The notes beneath the pieces are model-generated. The model searched no databases. It had not been told where the DNA came from and worked only from the letters and a program-made list of their open reading frames with translations. This document shows positions 20,207 to 30,655 of a DNA stretch of 64,000 bases, in pieces. The stretch covers positions 32,001 to 96,000 of the forward strand of contig CBDBZY010000003.1 of assembly GCA_965213685.1 (NCBI GenBank), in the 5' to 3' direction. Every line of letters begins with the position of its first letter. Position 1 is the stretch's first letter. This DNA comes from a bacterium (GTDB lineage Bacteria > UBA8248). Made by a program: the position numbers and the translations under genes.

Positions 20207-20557
20207 CTAGGCGTAGGGATCGTTCCACCTGTCGTTGGCGGTTGACGTCCCGGTGCCCCAGAAGCGCTCCCAGGAGACGCCTCCGGCGACGCTGTCCAGT
20301 TCCGCCTCGCTCAGTTCTCCATCTTTGGGGGCGTTCGCCGCCGCAGCGGGAATGACCACGTGTTTGACGTTCTCGCTGTCCAGCAGGATGGCGACCTTCG
20401 CGCCCGGCGGCACGTCCAGCCCGAGTTCGGCGGCCAGCTCCGGGGCGTCGCCCGCAGCCGCGCGCGCGCTCAGCGCCTCGTCTTCGGCGAGCCTTGTGCC
20501 GATGCTGCGAAGTTGCTCCCAGCGCTCGGTTTTGCTTGTCGGGGTTTTCCTGGTCAT
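20207..20557 (-). CDS. NHLP-leader peptide precursor; predicted core VSWERFWGTGTSTANDRWNDPYA
   Basis: NHLP-like leader (ELGLDVPPGAKVAILLDSENVKHVVIP) ending ELSEAELDSVAGG; SD AAGGAG; next to an NHLP exporter. Confidence 0.88.
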   Translation of the reverse strand: MTRKTPTSKTERWEQLRSIGTRLAEDEALSARAAAGDAPELAAELGLDVPPGAKVAILLDSENVKHVVIPAAAANAPKDGELSEAELDSVAGGVSWERFWGTGTSTANDRWNDPYA

Positions 20558-20681
20558 CTCGTCTCTCCTTGCAGGTCGAGGGGGGGATGGGAGTTGCCGG
20601 ATATTTTTTGACGTGGCTTTGGCCTCTAAGGATGAACGTGCGCGTCCGCCGGGCCTGTCCCTGCGCCGCGCGTTCCGTCCG

Positions 20682-20870
20682 TTATTCCCCGAATCCGCTG
20701 CCGCTTCCGTCCGGCAGGTTGTGCCAGCGGTCGAATGACCCGCTAGATGAACGGGGCCTCCGGGGCGCCGAGTGATGGCCGCCCGACACCTCTCCGAGCT
20801 CCTCGTCGCTGACGCTGCCTTCCTCCTCCCGGGTCTTTCCGCTTTCTGTTTCAGAATCGGGTTTCGTCAT
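20682..20870 (-). CDS. second double-glycine precursor with short acidic leader; predicted core HHSAPRRPRSSSGSFDRWHNLPDGSGSGFGE
   Basis: Leader ends VSDEELGEVSGG; strong SD AAAGGAGG; promoter upstream; tandem with the NHLP precursor. Confidence 0.75.
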   Translation of the reverse strand: MTKPDSETESGKTREEEGSVSDEELGEVSGGHHSAPRRPRSSSGSFDRWHNLPDGSGSGFGE

Positions 20871-21022
20871 GGTCGCTCCCTCCTTTTGGTTTCCGCGCGC
20901 CCTCTCGCGTTGCCGGGTGCGGGGTTGGAAACAGGAACAATCCGGGAGCCTCCCCTCCGGCGAGGCGCGCGATGCCCGGGTCGCCCCCAGTCGAACTGAA
21001 AAACTCCTCTGAACTCTCTTCT

Positions 21023-21051
21023 AACGTAGTGCTTTGCTCTGCGCGTGTCAA
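21023..21051 (-). promoter_or_regulatory. putative sigma70 promoter for the precursor genes
   Basis: Minus strand TTGACA-17 bp-TACGTT in an AT-rich patch. Confidence 0.6.
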
Positions 21052-21888
21052 TGAAAGAATGGACGAGAATCGTTGCGTCGCCGGGCGATTTTCCGCACCT
21101 GCGCAGTTTCGGGCTGACCGAGAAGCGAGAAGCCCGCGGCGGGCGGCTCCCCTCCCGCGAAAGCGAACTCCCCGCCCCGACAAAACCGCCGGGATGCGCG
21201 CGTCGGAGGCCGGGCGGGAAGGGTCCGCCGCGCGTGCTACGCGCCATTTTCGAGGCCACGCCCCCGGGGTTGGCTCCGCGCGCGGGTCGGTGCGCGCATA
21301 TGGACGCAGACCCGTTTCTCCTTGATCATCCGCTGGCGGGAGTGTAACCTTCTGCGCTGTTCCAGAATGCAGGAGTCGCGGCATGCCGCCCCGCGTGGCG
21401 CGCGCATATGCTGCCTGGGTGGCCGGGCGTTCCGTAAGGCGTCGCGCGGGCCGGGCGGGCCTTCGGCGGAATGGTTTTATGTGCCCCGGTGCGCGTGCGG
21501 TGCGCGTGCGGAGTGGATGGGATTTTTCGAGGAGGGGAATTTCACGCGCGGGGGAGATGGGAGTTTTCGTCTCGCGGCGAGTCGGGCGGCGCGCGCCGCT
21601 AACGCTAAGAGACGGCGTCTCCCCCTGGCTCCAGCCCGGACGCCGTTGCGGGGCCAGGAGCAGGAGGCCCGTCGTCCGGATGATGGGACACGGAATGACG
21701 ACCGCGATGGCACGGAGCGACTGGCGGCCCGTGCGCCGTCGTTCGGAATCCGCAAGAAATCCAGCCCCGATCATGTTTCCCGCCCCCTCGCCGGCTTCGC
21801 CTGGCGCAGCGCGCCGGCGCTTCCTGCGGAGTGTTGCGCGCGCAACCCCGCGCGCAACCCATGCTCTTGACGACGGAGAGACGCGAAG

Positions 21889-23166
21889 ATGGCGCGGAAG
21901 CAGATATTTCGGCAAGCCTCGCTGGATCGCCTCGCGACGCCGGAGCGGCTTGACCGCGCGCTTTTTACGACGACGCCCAAGGGATGGCTGGCGATTCTCG
22001 CCCTGCTGCTCATCGCGGCGGCGACGGTAGCCTGGTCGATCGGGGGCGAGGTTTCGACCTACGTGCAGGCCGAGGGCATTCTCCTGAACCGCGGCGGCAA
22101 GGTGGTCGACGCCGTATCCTCGGGCGTCGGGACGCTCACGCGCATCATCGCCGCCGTCGGACAGACGGTGGAGAAAGGCGACGTCGTGGCGGAGGTCGCC
22201 AACGCGGAGGCGCTGGAGCGCTATCGCAGCGCGCTCGCCCTCGTGGAGGAGCGCGCCGCGGAACTGGAGGATTTTCGGTCGGCGTCGGCGGAGGAAGACG
22301 CGATCATCGAACGCAACGTCGTCCGGCGGCGCGCGCATCTGGAGCGGCTGGAAGGCAGCGACCGCCAGGCGCTCGAGGTGGGCCGCAAGCGCCTCGAAAG
22401 CTATTTGCGGCTTTTCGAGAGGGGCGTCATCGACCAGGTGACCGTGGAGAATAGCCAGCAGGATTACGACGAGCTGCAGCGGGCGCTGTTCGCCACCTTG
22501 CGCGAACGCGACGACCTGGAGGCGAGCGAGGTGAAGCGCAAGAACGATCGCAAGACCCGGCTCAACGAGATGAAGGCCCGCCTCGAGGCGGCCCAGCGCG
22601 GGGCCAGGGAGCTCGAGGCTCTGCTGGGCACCCAGCGGATTCTGGCGCCGGTCTCCGGCCGCGTGACCGAGATCAAGGCGTCGATTGGCGGCTGGCTCGA
22701 GGAGGGGTTCTCCGTCCTCAGCATCAACACGGGCGCGAAACCTCCCGGCGGCGCGGGCGCGACCCCTCTCGAGGCGCTGGTCTACATACCCCCGGACGAC
22801 GGCAAGCAGGTCGAGCGGGGGATGGAGGCGCTGGTCTCCCCGTCCACGGTGCGGCGCGAGGAGTACGGCTCCATCAAGGGGCGGGTGGAGAGCGTCTCCA
22901 CGCTTCCGGTGAGCATGGGGGGCATGGTGGCCGTCCTGCAGAACCGGAGCCTCGCCGAGCGCCTCTCCAGGGGAGGGCCGCCCTATGCGGGCCGGATCGC
23001 GCTGCTGTCCGACCCGGAGACGGCGAGCGGCTTCGCCTGGACTTCGCCCAAGGCCTCGGATCAGTCCCTGTCCTCGGGCACGCTCGCCAGCGTCGAGATA
23101 AAGGTCGGCAGCCAGGCGCCGATCACCCTCGTCGTCCCCCTGCTCAAGGAACTGTTCGGACTGTGA
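21889..23166 (+). CDS. NHLP bacteriocin system secretion protein (HlyD-like membrane fusion protein)
   Basis: IFRQASLDRLATPERLD, one TM, coiled coil, VSPSTVRREEYGSIKGRV, SGFAWTS, APITLVVPLLK. Confidence 0.9.
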   Translation: MARKQIFRQASLDRLATPERLDRALFTTTPKGWLAILALLLIAAATVAWSIGGEVSTYVQAEGILLNRGGKVVDAVSSGVGTLTRIIAAVGQTVEKGDVVAEVANAEALERYRSALALVEERAAELEDFRSASAEEDAIIERNVVRRRAHLERLEGSDRQALEVGRKRLESYLRLFERGVIDQVTVENSQQDYDELQRALFATLRERDDLEASEVKRKNDRKTRLNEMKARLEAAQRGARELEALLGTQRILAPVSGRVTEIKASIGGWLEEGFSVLSINTGAKPPGGAGATPLEALVYIPPDDGKQVERGMEALVSPSTVRREEYGSIKGRVESVSTLPVSMGGMVAVLQNRSLAERLSRGGPPYAGRIALLSDPETASGFAWTSPKASDQSLSSGTLASVEIKVGSQAPITLVVPLLKELFGL

Positions 23167-25358
23167 GCGACGCATCCGACCTGAAGGGCAACCTCCACCG
23201 CCGCCGGGGCGGGCGGCGCGCGACGCCCGCCATCCTGCAGATGGAGGCGACGGAATGCGGCGCCGCCTGCCTCGCCATGATCCTCGCCCACTACGGGCGA
23301 TGGGTGCCGCTCGAGGAGTTGCGGGTGCGCTGCGGCGTGTCGCGCGACGGCAGCAAGGCGGTCAACATGCTGCGCGCGGCGCGCGAATACGACCTCACGG
23401 CGCGGGGCTTCCGACGCCAGGACGCGCGGAGCCTGCTCGACCTCCCCTTCCCGATGATCGTGTTCTGGAATTTCAACCACTTCATCGTGCTCGAGGGAAT
23501 CAAGGGAAACAAGGTCTACATCGTCGACCCGGCCTTTGGTCCGCAGAAGATCACCCTGGAGGAGTTCGACGAGGGGTTCACGGGCATCTGCCTCGGGTTC
23601 GCGCCCGGGCCGGAGTTTCGTCCCAGCGGCGCCCGGCCGAGCGTCTGGCGCGGCCTGTTCTCCCGCCTCGGCAATACGCGCTCCCCGCTGCTCTTCATGC
23701 TGTTGGCGACCCTGGCGCTCGTCGTGCCGGGCCTCGCCATCCCCACCATATCCAAGGTGTTCGTGGACGACGTGCTGATTCCGCGCAGCGAGAGCTTCGT
23801 CGCCCCGCTGCTGATCGGCTTGGGGGCGGCGGCCGTTCTGCAGGGCGCGCTCACCTGGCTGCAGCAGAACTGCCTCGCGCGCACGGAGGCCAAGCTCTCC
23901 CTGGTCAGCACGTCGAAGTTCTTCTGGCACGTGGTCACCCTGCCGATGACGTTCTTCGGCCAGCGCTTCGCCGGCGACCTCGCGAGCCGGGTCGCCTCCA
24001 ACGACAGGATGGCGCGGCTCATCTCGGGCGAGTTCGCCACCAACGCGATCAACATGCTCACGATGGCGATCTACGCCGCCGTGATGCTCTCCTACGACCT
24101 GACGCTCACCCTGGTCACGTTCGCCATGGTCGCCGTCAACCTCCTGGCGCTCCGGTGGGTCTCGCGCGCCCGCGAGCACGGGAACCGCCGCCTGCTCAAG
24201 GAGCAGGGCAAGGTGGCGGGCACCTCGGTGAACGGCCTTTACATGATCGAGACGATCAAGGCCAGCGGAACGGAGGGCGAGTTCTTCGCGCGCTGGGCCG
24301 GCATATACGCCAACGCCCTCTCGGCCCAGCAGGAGCTCGGCCTCTACACGAACCTTCTGAACGTCGTTCCGCCGCTGCTCGCCTCGCTGACCACGGTCGC
24401 CATTCTCGGCGTCGGCGGCCTGCGCATCGTCGATGGCGCGCTCACGATCGGCGGGCTGGTCGCCTACCAGTCCCTGGTGCAGAGCTTCTTCCTGCCGATC
24501 GACGGGCTGGTCCGGTTCGCGGCCAACATCCAGACCGTCAAGGGAGACATCGCCCGCCTCGACGACGTGCTGAACTACGCGCCGGACGAGCGCGTCGTCC
24601 AGAGGATGAGCGAGCGTCATGCGGAGGCGCCGCCGTCCGCGCGCGGCTTCCTCTCCATCGAGGACGTCACGTTCGGCTACAACGCCCAGGAGCCGCCGCT
24701 GATCGAGAACTTCAGCCTGTCGGTCAAACCCGGCCAGCGCGTGGCGCTCGTCGGCGGCTCCGGGAGCGGAAAGTCGACCGTCGGCAAGCTCATCTGCGGC
24801 CTGCTGAAGCCGTGGTCCGGCGTCGTGCGCGTCGACAAGCGCATCATCGACAACATTCCGCCCGGCCACCTGACCGAGGTGATCTCCTATGTGGACCAGG
24901 AGTGCGTGCTGCTCGAGGCCAGCGTGCGCGACAACGTCACCCTCTGGAACACGGCCATCGGCGAGCATCAGCTCACGCAGGCGCTTCGAGACGCCGTGAT
25001 CCATGACGAGATCATGTCCCGCCCCGGCAAATACGAGACGAAGGTCGAGGAGAACGGACGCAACTTCAGCGGCGGCCAGCGCCAGCGCCTGGAGATCGCC
25101 CGCGCGCTCGCCACCGACCCCACCATCCTGGTGCTGGACGAGGCCACCGCCGCCCTGGACCCGCTGACCGAGCTGGCGATCGACGACCGCCTGCGCCAGC
25201 GCGGCTGCACCTGCCTGATCGTGGCCCACCGGCTCAGCACAATCCGGGACGCCGACGAGATCGTGGTCATGGACCGCGGCACCGTCGTGCAGCGCGGGAC
25301 GCACGACGAGCTGATCGCCGAAGACGGCGTCTACCGCACCCTCATCATGTCCAACTGA
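23163..25358 (+). CDS. NHLP family peptidase-containing ABC exporter (C39 + TMD + NBD)
   Basis: QMEATECGAACL (catalytic Cys), CGVSRDGS, FNHFIVLEG (His), DPA; GGSGSGKST, FSGGQRQR, LDEAT. Confidence 0.93.
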   Translation: MSDASDLKGNLHRRRGGRRATPAILQMEATECGAACLAMILAHYGRWVPLEELRVRCGVSRDGSKAVNMLRAAREYDLTARGFRRQDARSLLDLPFPMIVFWNFNHFIVLEGIKGNKVYIVDPAFGPQKITLEEFDEGFTGICLGFAPGPEFRPSGARPSVWRGLFSRLGNTRSPLLFMLLATLALVVPGLAIPTISKVFVDDVLIPRSESFVAPLLIGLGAAAVLQGALTWLQQNCLARTEAKLSLVSTSKFFWHVVTLPMTFFGQRFAGDLASRVASNDRMARLISGEFATNAINMLTMAIYAAVMLSYDLTLTLVTFAMVAVNLLALRWVSRAREHGNRRLLKEQGKVAGTSVNGLYMIETIKASGTEGEFFARWAGIYANALSAQQELGLYTNLLNVVPPLLASLTTVAILGVGGLRIVDGALTIGGLVAYQSLVQSFFLPIDGLVRFAANIQTVKGDIARLDDVLNYAPDERVVQRMSERHAEAPPSARGFLSIEDVTFGYNAQEPPLIENFSLSVKPGQRVALVGGSGSGKSTVGKLICGLLKPWSGVVRVDKRIIDNIPPGHLTEVISYVDQECVLLEASVRDNVTLWNTAIGEHQLTQALRDAVIHDEIMSRPGKYETKVEENGRNFSGGQRQRLEIARALATDPTILVLDEATAALDPLTELAIDDRLRQRGCTCLIVAHRLSTIRDADEIVVMDRGTVVQRGTHDELIAEDGVYRTLIMSN

Positions 25359-25364
25359 GACGAT

Positions 25365-28306
25365 ATGGCCGCCGACGATATCATCCAGCGCATCCACGGC
25401 TCCCTGTTCTCGGCGGGGGCGCACCGCCCGTTCTTCCTGGACGATCCGGAGCGCGTCGTTTTTGTGCGGCAGGGCTACCTGGACATCTTCGTGGTCGAGG
25501 TGGCGGGCGGGGAGGTCGCCAGCCGCCAGCCGCACGTCACCCGCATCCCTGCGGGCGAGATGGCCTTCGGCGCGGAGAAGCTGGCGGGTGCCGCGTTCGT
25601 CAAGCCCAACGATCTCGCCTTTCTGGCCGTGCCCTCCCAGGACGCGGTTCTCATCGGGGGCAGGCGCGCCGGGCTCACCGGCAAGGAGAATTTCGACCTC
25701 GAAGCCCTGATATGGATCGACAACTGGCTCTTCCGCCTCTCGGAATTTCTGGTGCGCGGCGGCCAGCCGCTTCCGCGCGACGCGGTGCTGCTCGAGGCCG
25801 ACCCGGACGTTCCCTACCCGGCGGGCTCGGTCGTGAGCGCCCACCACTCGGACGTCATCTGGGTTTCGGCCAACCGGCCCATGCGCTTCGCCGGACGCGA
25901 CATGCTGCCCGTGGAGGCGGGCGACATCCAGCCGCTCTCCGAACGGACGTGGTTCGCTCTCGACGAGGACACCGAGGTCACCGCGATGCACACCCCGTCC
26001 GTCTTCGTCTCGGGGCGCCTGTGGGACGCTTTCGACCGCCACAGCCGGCTGGTGCTGGACTACGTGAACGTTTCGTGGACCGAGAAGACCGCCGCGGCAA
26101 AGGAGCGCTACCGGGTTTCCCTTTCCGGCCACGAGGCGGCCAGGAGCAGGATGTTTCAGCACCTAGGCGGCGTGCTGGGGGCGGCGGAGGACGACCGCGC
26201 CCCGGAGGCGGCCGCCCGTGCGTCGCTGCCGGCGGCGGTGAAGATCGTCGCCGAGTCCGTGGGCGCCTCCCTCCACCTCTCGGGCGCCGCGCCGGAGGGA
26301 AGCGATGCGGAGGAGACGATCATGCACCTGGCCGGCCCCTCCGGCATACGCGCGCGGCGGATATCCCTCGCCCCCGGCTGGTGGCGGCGGGACGGGCCGT
26401 CCTTCGTCGGGTTCGCGGCGGAGGGGGAGCGCCCATTCGCCCTGCTCGCGGACGGGCGCGGCCGCTACCGCTCTGTCGACCCGGAGACCGGCGCGTCGGC
26501 CGCCGTGAACCGCGAGGGCGCCGCCCGGCTCGCAAGCCACGGGGTGGTTCTCTATCCTCCGCTTCCGGACCGGATAGAAAGCGGCATGGCGGCGTTGCTC
26601 CACGTTCTGCGCCGGCACAAGCGGGACATCCGCACCGTGCTCTCCATGGCCGTTATGGGCGCCCTGTTCTCCCTGCTGATCCCGATCCTGACGGGTCAAC
26701 TTCTCGCCGAAATCATCCCGCGCGTCGACGTCCCGATGTGGGTCGCTAGCCTCGGCGCGCTTTTTCTCGGCACGATCGGCGCGACGATATTCCAGATCAT
26801 CCAGGCGCTGGCGCTTTTGCGCATCGAGGGCCGGGTGGGCGAAGACCTCCAGTCCGCCGTCTGGAGCCGGCTCCTCTCGCTGCCGGTGCCGTTTTTCCGA
26901 AACTTCGCCGCCGGCGAGCTGGCCGACCGCGCGAACGGCATCTTCGAGATACGCCAGTTGCTGACCAACGCCACCGTCGGCGCGGTGAGCAGCGGCATTT
27001 TCTCGATATCCAGCTACGCGCTCATGTTCTACTACAGCTGGCCGCTCGCGTTGTGCGTCCTCGCGCTGCTTTTCGCTTTTTTTTGGCATGAGCTGGATTT
27101 TCGCGCGCGGCCAGATGGAGCACTACCGCACCGCGTTCCGCACCCAGGGGGTCATCGACGGGCTCGTTTTCCAGATGATCACCGGAATTGCGAAGCTCCG
27201 CGTGGCGAACGCCGAAAACTACGCGCTCGCGCGCTGGGCGGAGCGGTTCGCCGAGCAGAAATACGCGACGCTGGCCGCGCGGCGCTGGGCCGCGGCGCAG
27301 TTTTCCTTCAACAGCATGTTCGTGCCGCTATCCTCGCTCGGCCTCGTCGCCTTCATCTGGTATGCGCTCATCGCCGGCGGCCAGCAGCCCGATTTCGACC
27401 TCGCCGCCTTCCTGTCCTTCAACGCCGCCTTCGGGCAGCTCGCCGCCGGGGTGACGGGGCTGACGGCCGCCTGGACGATAGCGGTGGTGACCGTCCCGCT
27501 TTTCGAGCGCGTCCAGCCCATCTTCGAGTCCCTGCCCGAGAGCGCCGACGGCGGCGAGATCGCCCCGAAAGACCTGACGGGAGACATCGAGTTCGTCAAC
27601 GTAACCTTCCGGTATCTGCCGGAGGGGGCCGAACGCGCTCGACGGGGTGTCCTTCCACATCCGCCCGGGCGATTATGTGGCCTTCGTCGGCGCGTCCGGT
27701 TCGGGCAAATCGACCATCTACCGCCTCATACTCGGCTTCGAGCGGCCCGCCTCGGGCACCGTGTTTCTCGACGGCTACGATCTGCTCAGCCTCGACCTGC
27801 CCAGGGTGCGCAGTCGCATGGGCGTGGTGCTGCAAAACGGCCAGCTCATTCCCGAGAGCATTTTCAAGAACATATCGAGTTCCGCCACGTTGACGGTGGA
27901 GGAGGCCTGGGCGGCCGCCCGGGCCGCCGGCATTGACGAGGACATCCGGGCCATGCCGATGGGCATGCACACCGTCCTTTCCGAGGGGGGCGGGCGGCGG
28001 CAGCCTGTCGGGCGGCCAGCGAAGCAGCGCCTGCTGATCGCCCGGGCGCTCGCCCGCAAGCCGCGCATCGTGCTGTTTGACGAGGCCACCAGCGCGCTGG
28101 ACAACCGCACCCAGGCGATCGTCCAGGCGTCGCTGAACAATCTCAGCATTACCCGCGTGGTGATCGCCCATCGTCTCACCACCGTCCAGGACGCCGACCG
28201 CATCTTCGTGCTGGAGGCGGGGCGGGTGGTCGAGAGCGGGCGATACCGCGAGCTCATGGAGCGCGACGGCGCCTTTGCGAGTCTGGCGAAACGCCAGATG
28301 AGCTAG
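25365..28306 (+). CDS. NHLP family second ABC transporter subunit (no peptidase), multiply frameshifted
   Basis: FLDDPERVVFVRQGYLDIF N-domain, WWRRDGP, TMD, GASGSGKST, DEATSALDN; frame breaks at T8 27077-27084, ~27625 and ~27985-28020 (LSGGQ appears off-frame), probably sequencing errors. Confidence 0.85.
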
Positions 28307-28367
28307 GGCGTTTCCGGGCGATTTCCGAGTCCCGTCCGCTTGCGCGGGGTTTCGCCGGAGAGGCGTC

Positions 28368-28396
28368 TTGCGCTTCGGTTCGTTTCTCCATAATAT
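28368..28396 (+). promoter_or_regulatory. putative sigma70 promoter of the DUF1302 operon
   Basis: TTGCGC-17 bp-TAATAT. Confidence 0.4.
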
Positions 28397-28459
28397 TTGA
28401 CTGCGCCATACCAACAGAACAAGAGAAAACGACCTTGCCAAAGAGGAGAGGCCAGGGAC

Positions 28460-30625
28460 ATGAAGCCAGCCGATTCAAGCCGCTTTGCCTTGCCCGCCGC
28501 GCGCGCGGCGACGAACCCCCCTGGACGGAGGGACGCCTCCCGGCCCAGCCGCCGCCCGTTCCGCTTTCTCGTCTGCGCGCTTGCTCTGGGATGCGCCTTG
28601 TGCGCACCGCCGGCGGCACAGGCGGGCGATTTCCGGCACGGCGAGCTCGAAGGCAGTCTGGACATCACGCTCTCCCATGGAATCACGTCCCGCGTCGAGG
28701 GCCGCGACAAGCGCCTCATCGGCGAGGGCAACGGCGGTTCCGCACGCTCCGTCAACTCCGATGACGGCAACCTCAACTATGACAGCGGACTGGTGAGCCA
28801 CACGTCGAAGTTCACCGGCGAGCTCGACCTCAATTACCGGAACTTCGGCGCGTTCGCCCGCGTCCACGGCTTTTTCGACTTCGAGAACGACAGGGGGAAG
28901 AGGGCGCGCAACCCCCTGACGGACGAGGCGAAGGACATGGTGGGAAAAGACCTCGACGTGCTGGACCTCTACCTCACCGGCGCGTTCGACCTCGGCGATG
29001 CGCGCATGGACCTGCGGCTCGGCAACCACGTGATCAGCTGGGGCGAGAGCACGTTCATCCAGAACAGCATCAACGTCATCAATCCGTTTGACGTGAACAA
29101 GCTGCGAACGCCGGGTGCGGAGTTGCGCGACGGGCTGGTGCCGGTTCCGATGGTCTCGGCGTCCGCCGCGCTGACGGACGCCCTCTCGGTGGAGGGGTTC
29201 TACCAGACGAAGTGGGAGAAGACGGAGATCGACCCTCCCGGCACCTATTTCTCGACGGGCGACTTCGCCGGCGCGGGCGCGCGAAAGGCCGTGCTCGGTT
29301 GGGGCGCCATTCCCGACACCGGTTTCGGGTTCGGGCCCATCACCCAGGCGATCAACGCCGACCTGCGGCGCTTCTCCGTCACCCACCCCACCCGGGGGGT
29401 TGTGCCGCTGCCCCAAACGCCGCAGGCGAACTTCGACGGCGACTTCCTGAGCGTGCTACGCGGGCGCAGCGACAAACCGGATGACTCCGGCCAGTGGGGG
29501 ATCGCGCTGCGCTACCTCGCGGAGGGCCTCAACAACACCGAGTTCGGCTTCTACTTCATCAATTACCACAGCCGTCTGCCGGTCTTCAGCGCGCGCACCG
29601 GCACGCAGCAGGGGGTATCGAGCGGCCTCTATGCGGCGGCGGCGGTGGGCGCGCCCGGCTCCGCCACCGTCGGCGCCATCACCCAGGCAGTCTCGGCGGA
29701 GGTCTCGTCCGCCGTCAAGGCCGGGTCGATCAGCGCCGCCGAGGCCCCCGGGATCATCCAGGCGCAGGTGAGCGCGCAGGCACAGCGCATCGCGGGCCTC
29801 CTCGCCATCGATCGCTACACGAAGACGGCGGGTTATTTCTTCGAATACCCCGAGGACATCCAGCTTCTGGGCGTCAGCTTCAACACCCAGCTGGGGGCGT
29901 CGGGCTGGGCGTTGCAAGGCGAATACTCCTACCGCCGCGACGCCCCCCTGCAGATTGACGATGTCGAGCTGCTGTTCGCGGCGCTCACGCCGCTGACCGA
30001 GGACCTCGCGAGCGGAACGGCCTGCGCGAAACCCTTTCAGTTCTACTGCCGGAACCAGGTGGGCGCCTTTGGCACCGAGGACTATATTCGCGGCTTCATC
30101 GAGCGCGACGTGAGCCAGGTGCAGGCCACCGCCACGAAGGTTTTCGGCCCCGTCATCGGGGCGAGCGGGCTGGTGTTCGTCGCGGAGGCGGCGCTGATGC
30201 GCGTGCACGACATGCCGGACAAGAGCAAGCTGCGCCTGGAGGGCCCCGGCACGCACACCAGCGGCAGTCCCTTTCACTCCACGGCACAGGGCGCGCACGC
30301 CGGCCTCGAGGCGGAGCCGTCGGATCGGTTCCCGACCGCCACCTCCTACGGCTACCGGGTCGCGGCGCGTCTGGACTACCTCAACGCCATCGGCGCGGTG
30401 AACGTCTCGCCGCGCGTGCAGTTTCAGCACGACGTTCAAGGCACCAGCCCGGGCCCCGGCGGGCCGTTCGTGGAGGGCCGGACCGCGGTGACCCTCGGGC
30501 TGGCGGCGAGCTATCTCAACCGCTGGCATTTCGACCTCAGCTACACCACGTTCGCCGGCGCCCGGCGATATAACCGGCTGAGCGACCGCGACTTCGTCTC
30601 CGCCACCGTCAAATACCTGTTCTAA
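28460..30625 (+). CDS. DUF1302 family outer-membrane protein
   Basis: Signal peptide; NSDDGNLNYD, LRLGNHVISWGES, INPFDV..PGAE, EYPEDI; ends DRDFVSATVKYLF (terminal Phe). Confidence 0.88.
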   Translation: MKPADSSRFALPAARAATNPPGRRDASRPSRRPFRFLVCALALGCALCAPPAAQAGDFRHGELEGSLDITLSHGITSRVEGRDKRLIGEGNGGSARSVNSDDGNLNYDSGLVSHTSKFTGELDLNYRNFGAFARVHGFFDFENDRGKRARNPLTDEAKDMVGKDLDVLDLYLTGAFDLGDARMDLRLGNHVISWGESTFIQNSINVINPFDVNKLRTPGAELRDGLVPVPMVSASAALTDALSVEGFYQTKWEKTEIDPPGTYFSTGDFAGAGARKAVLGWGAIPDTGFGFGPITQAINADLRRFSVTHPTRGVVPLPQTPQANFDGDFLSVLRGRSDKPDDSGQWGIALRYLAEGLNNTEFGFYFINYHSRLPVFSARTGTQQGVSSGLYAAAAVGAPGSATVGAITQAVSAEVSSAVKAGSISAAEAPGIIQAQVSAQAQRIAGLLAIDRYTKTAGYFFEYPEDIQLLGVSFNTQLGASGWALQGEYSYRRDAPLQIDDVELLFAALTPLTEDLASGTACAKPFQFYCRNQVGAFGTEDYIRGFIERDVSQVQATATKVFGPVIGASGLVFVAEAALMRVHDMPDKSKLRLEGPGTHTSGSPFHSTAQGAHAGLEAEPSDRFPTATSYGYRVAARLDYLNAIGAVNVSPRVQFQHDVQGTSPGPGGPFVEGRTAVTLGLAASYLNRWHFDLSYTTFAGARRYNRLSDRDFVSATVKYLF

Positions 30626-30655
30626 CAGCCCAACAGCCAGGAAAGCGGAGTAGCC

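Noticed and set aside
21708-21725. TGGCAC as a sigma54 -24 box for the exporter
   Set aside because: No TTGC -12 element at the required spacing
20851-26162. Very long minus-strand ORFs (774 and 1033 aa)
   Set aside because: Antisense to well-supported exporter genes; long shadow ORFs are expected at high GC3
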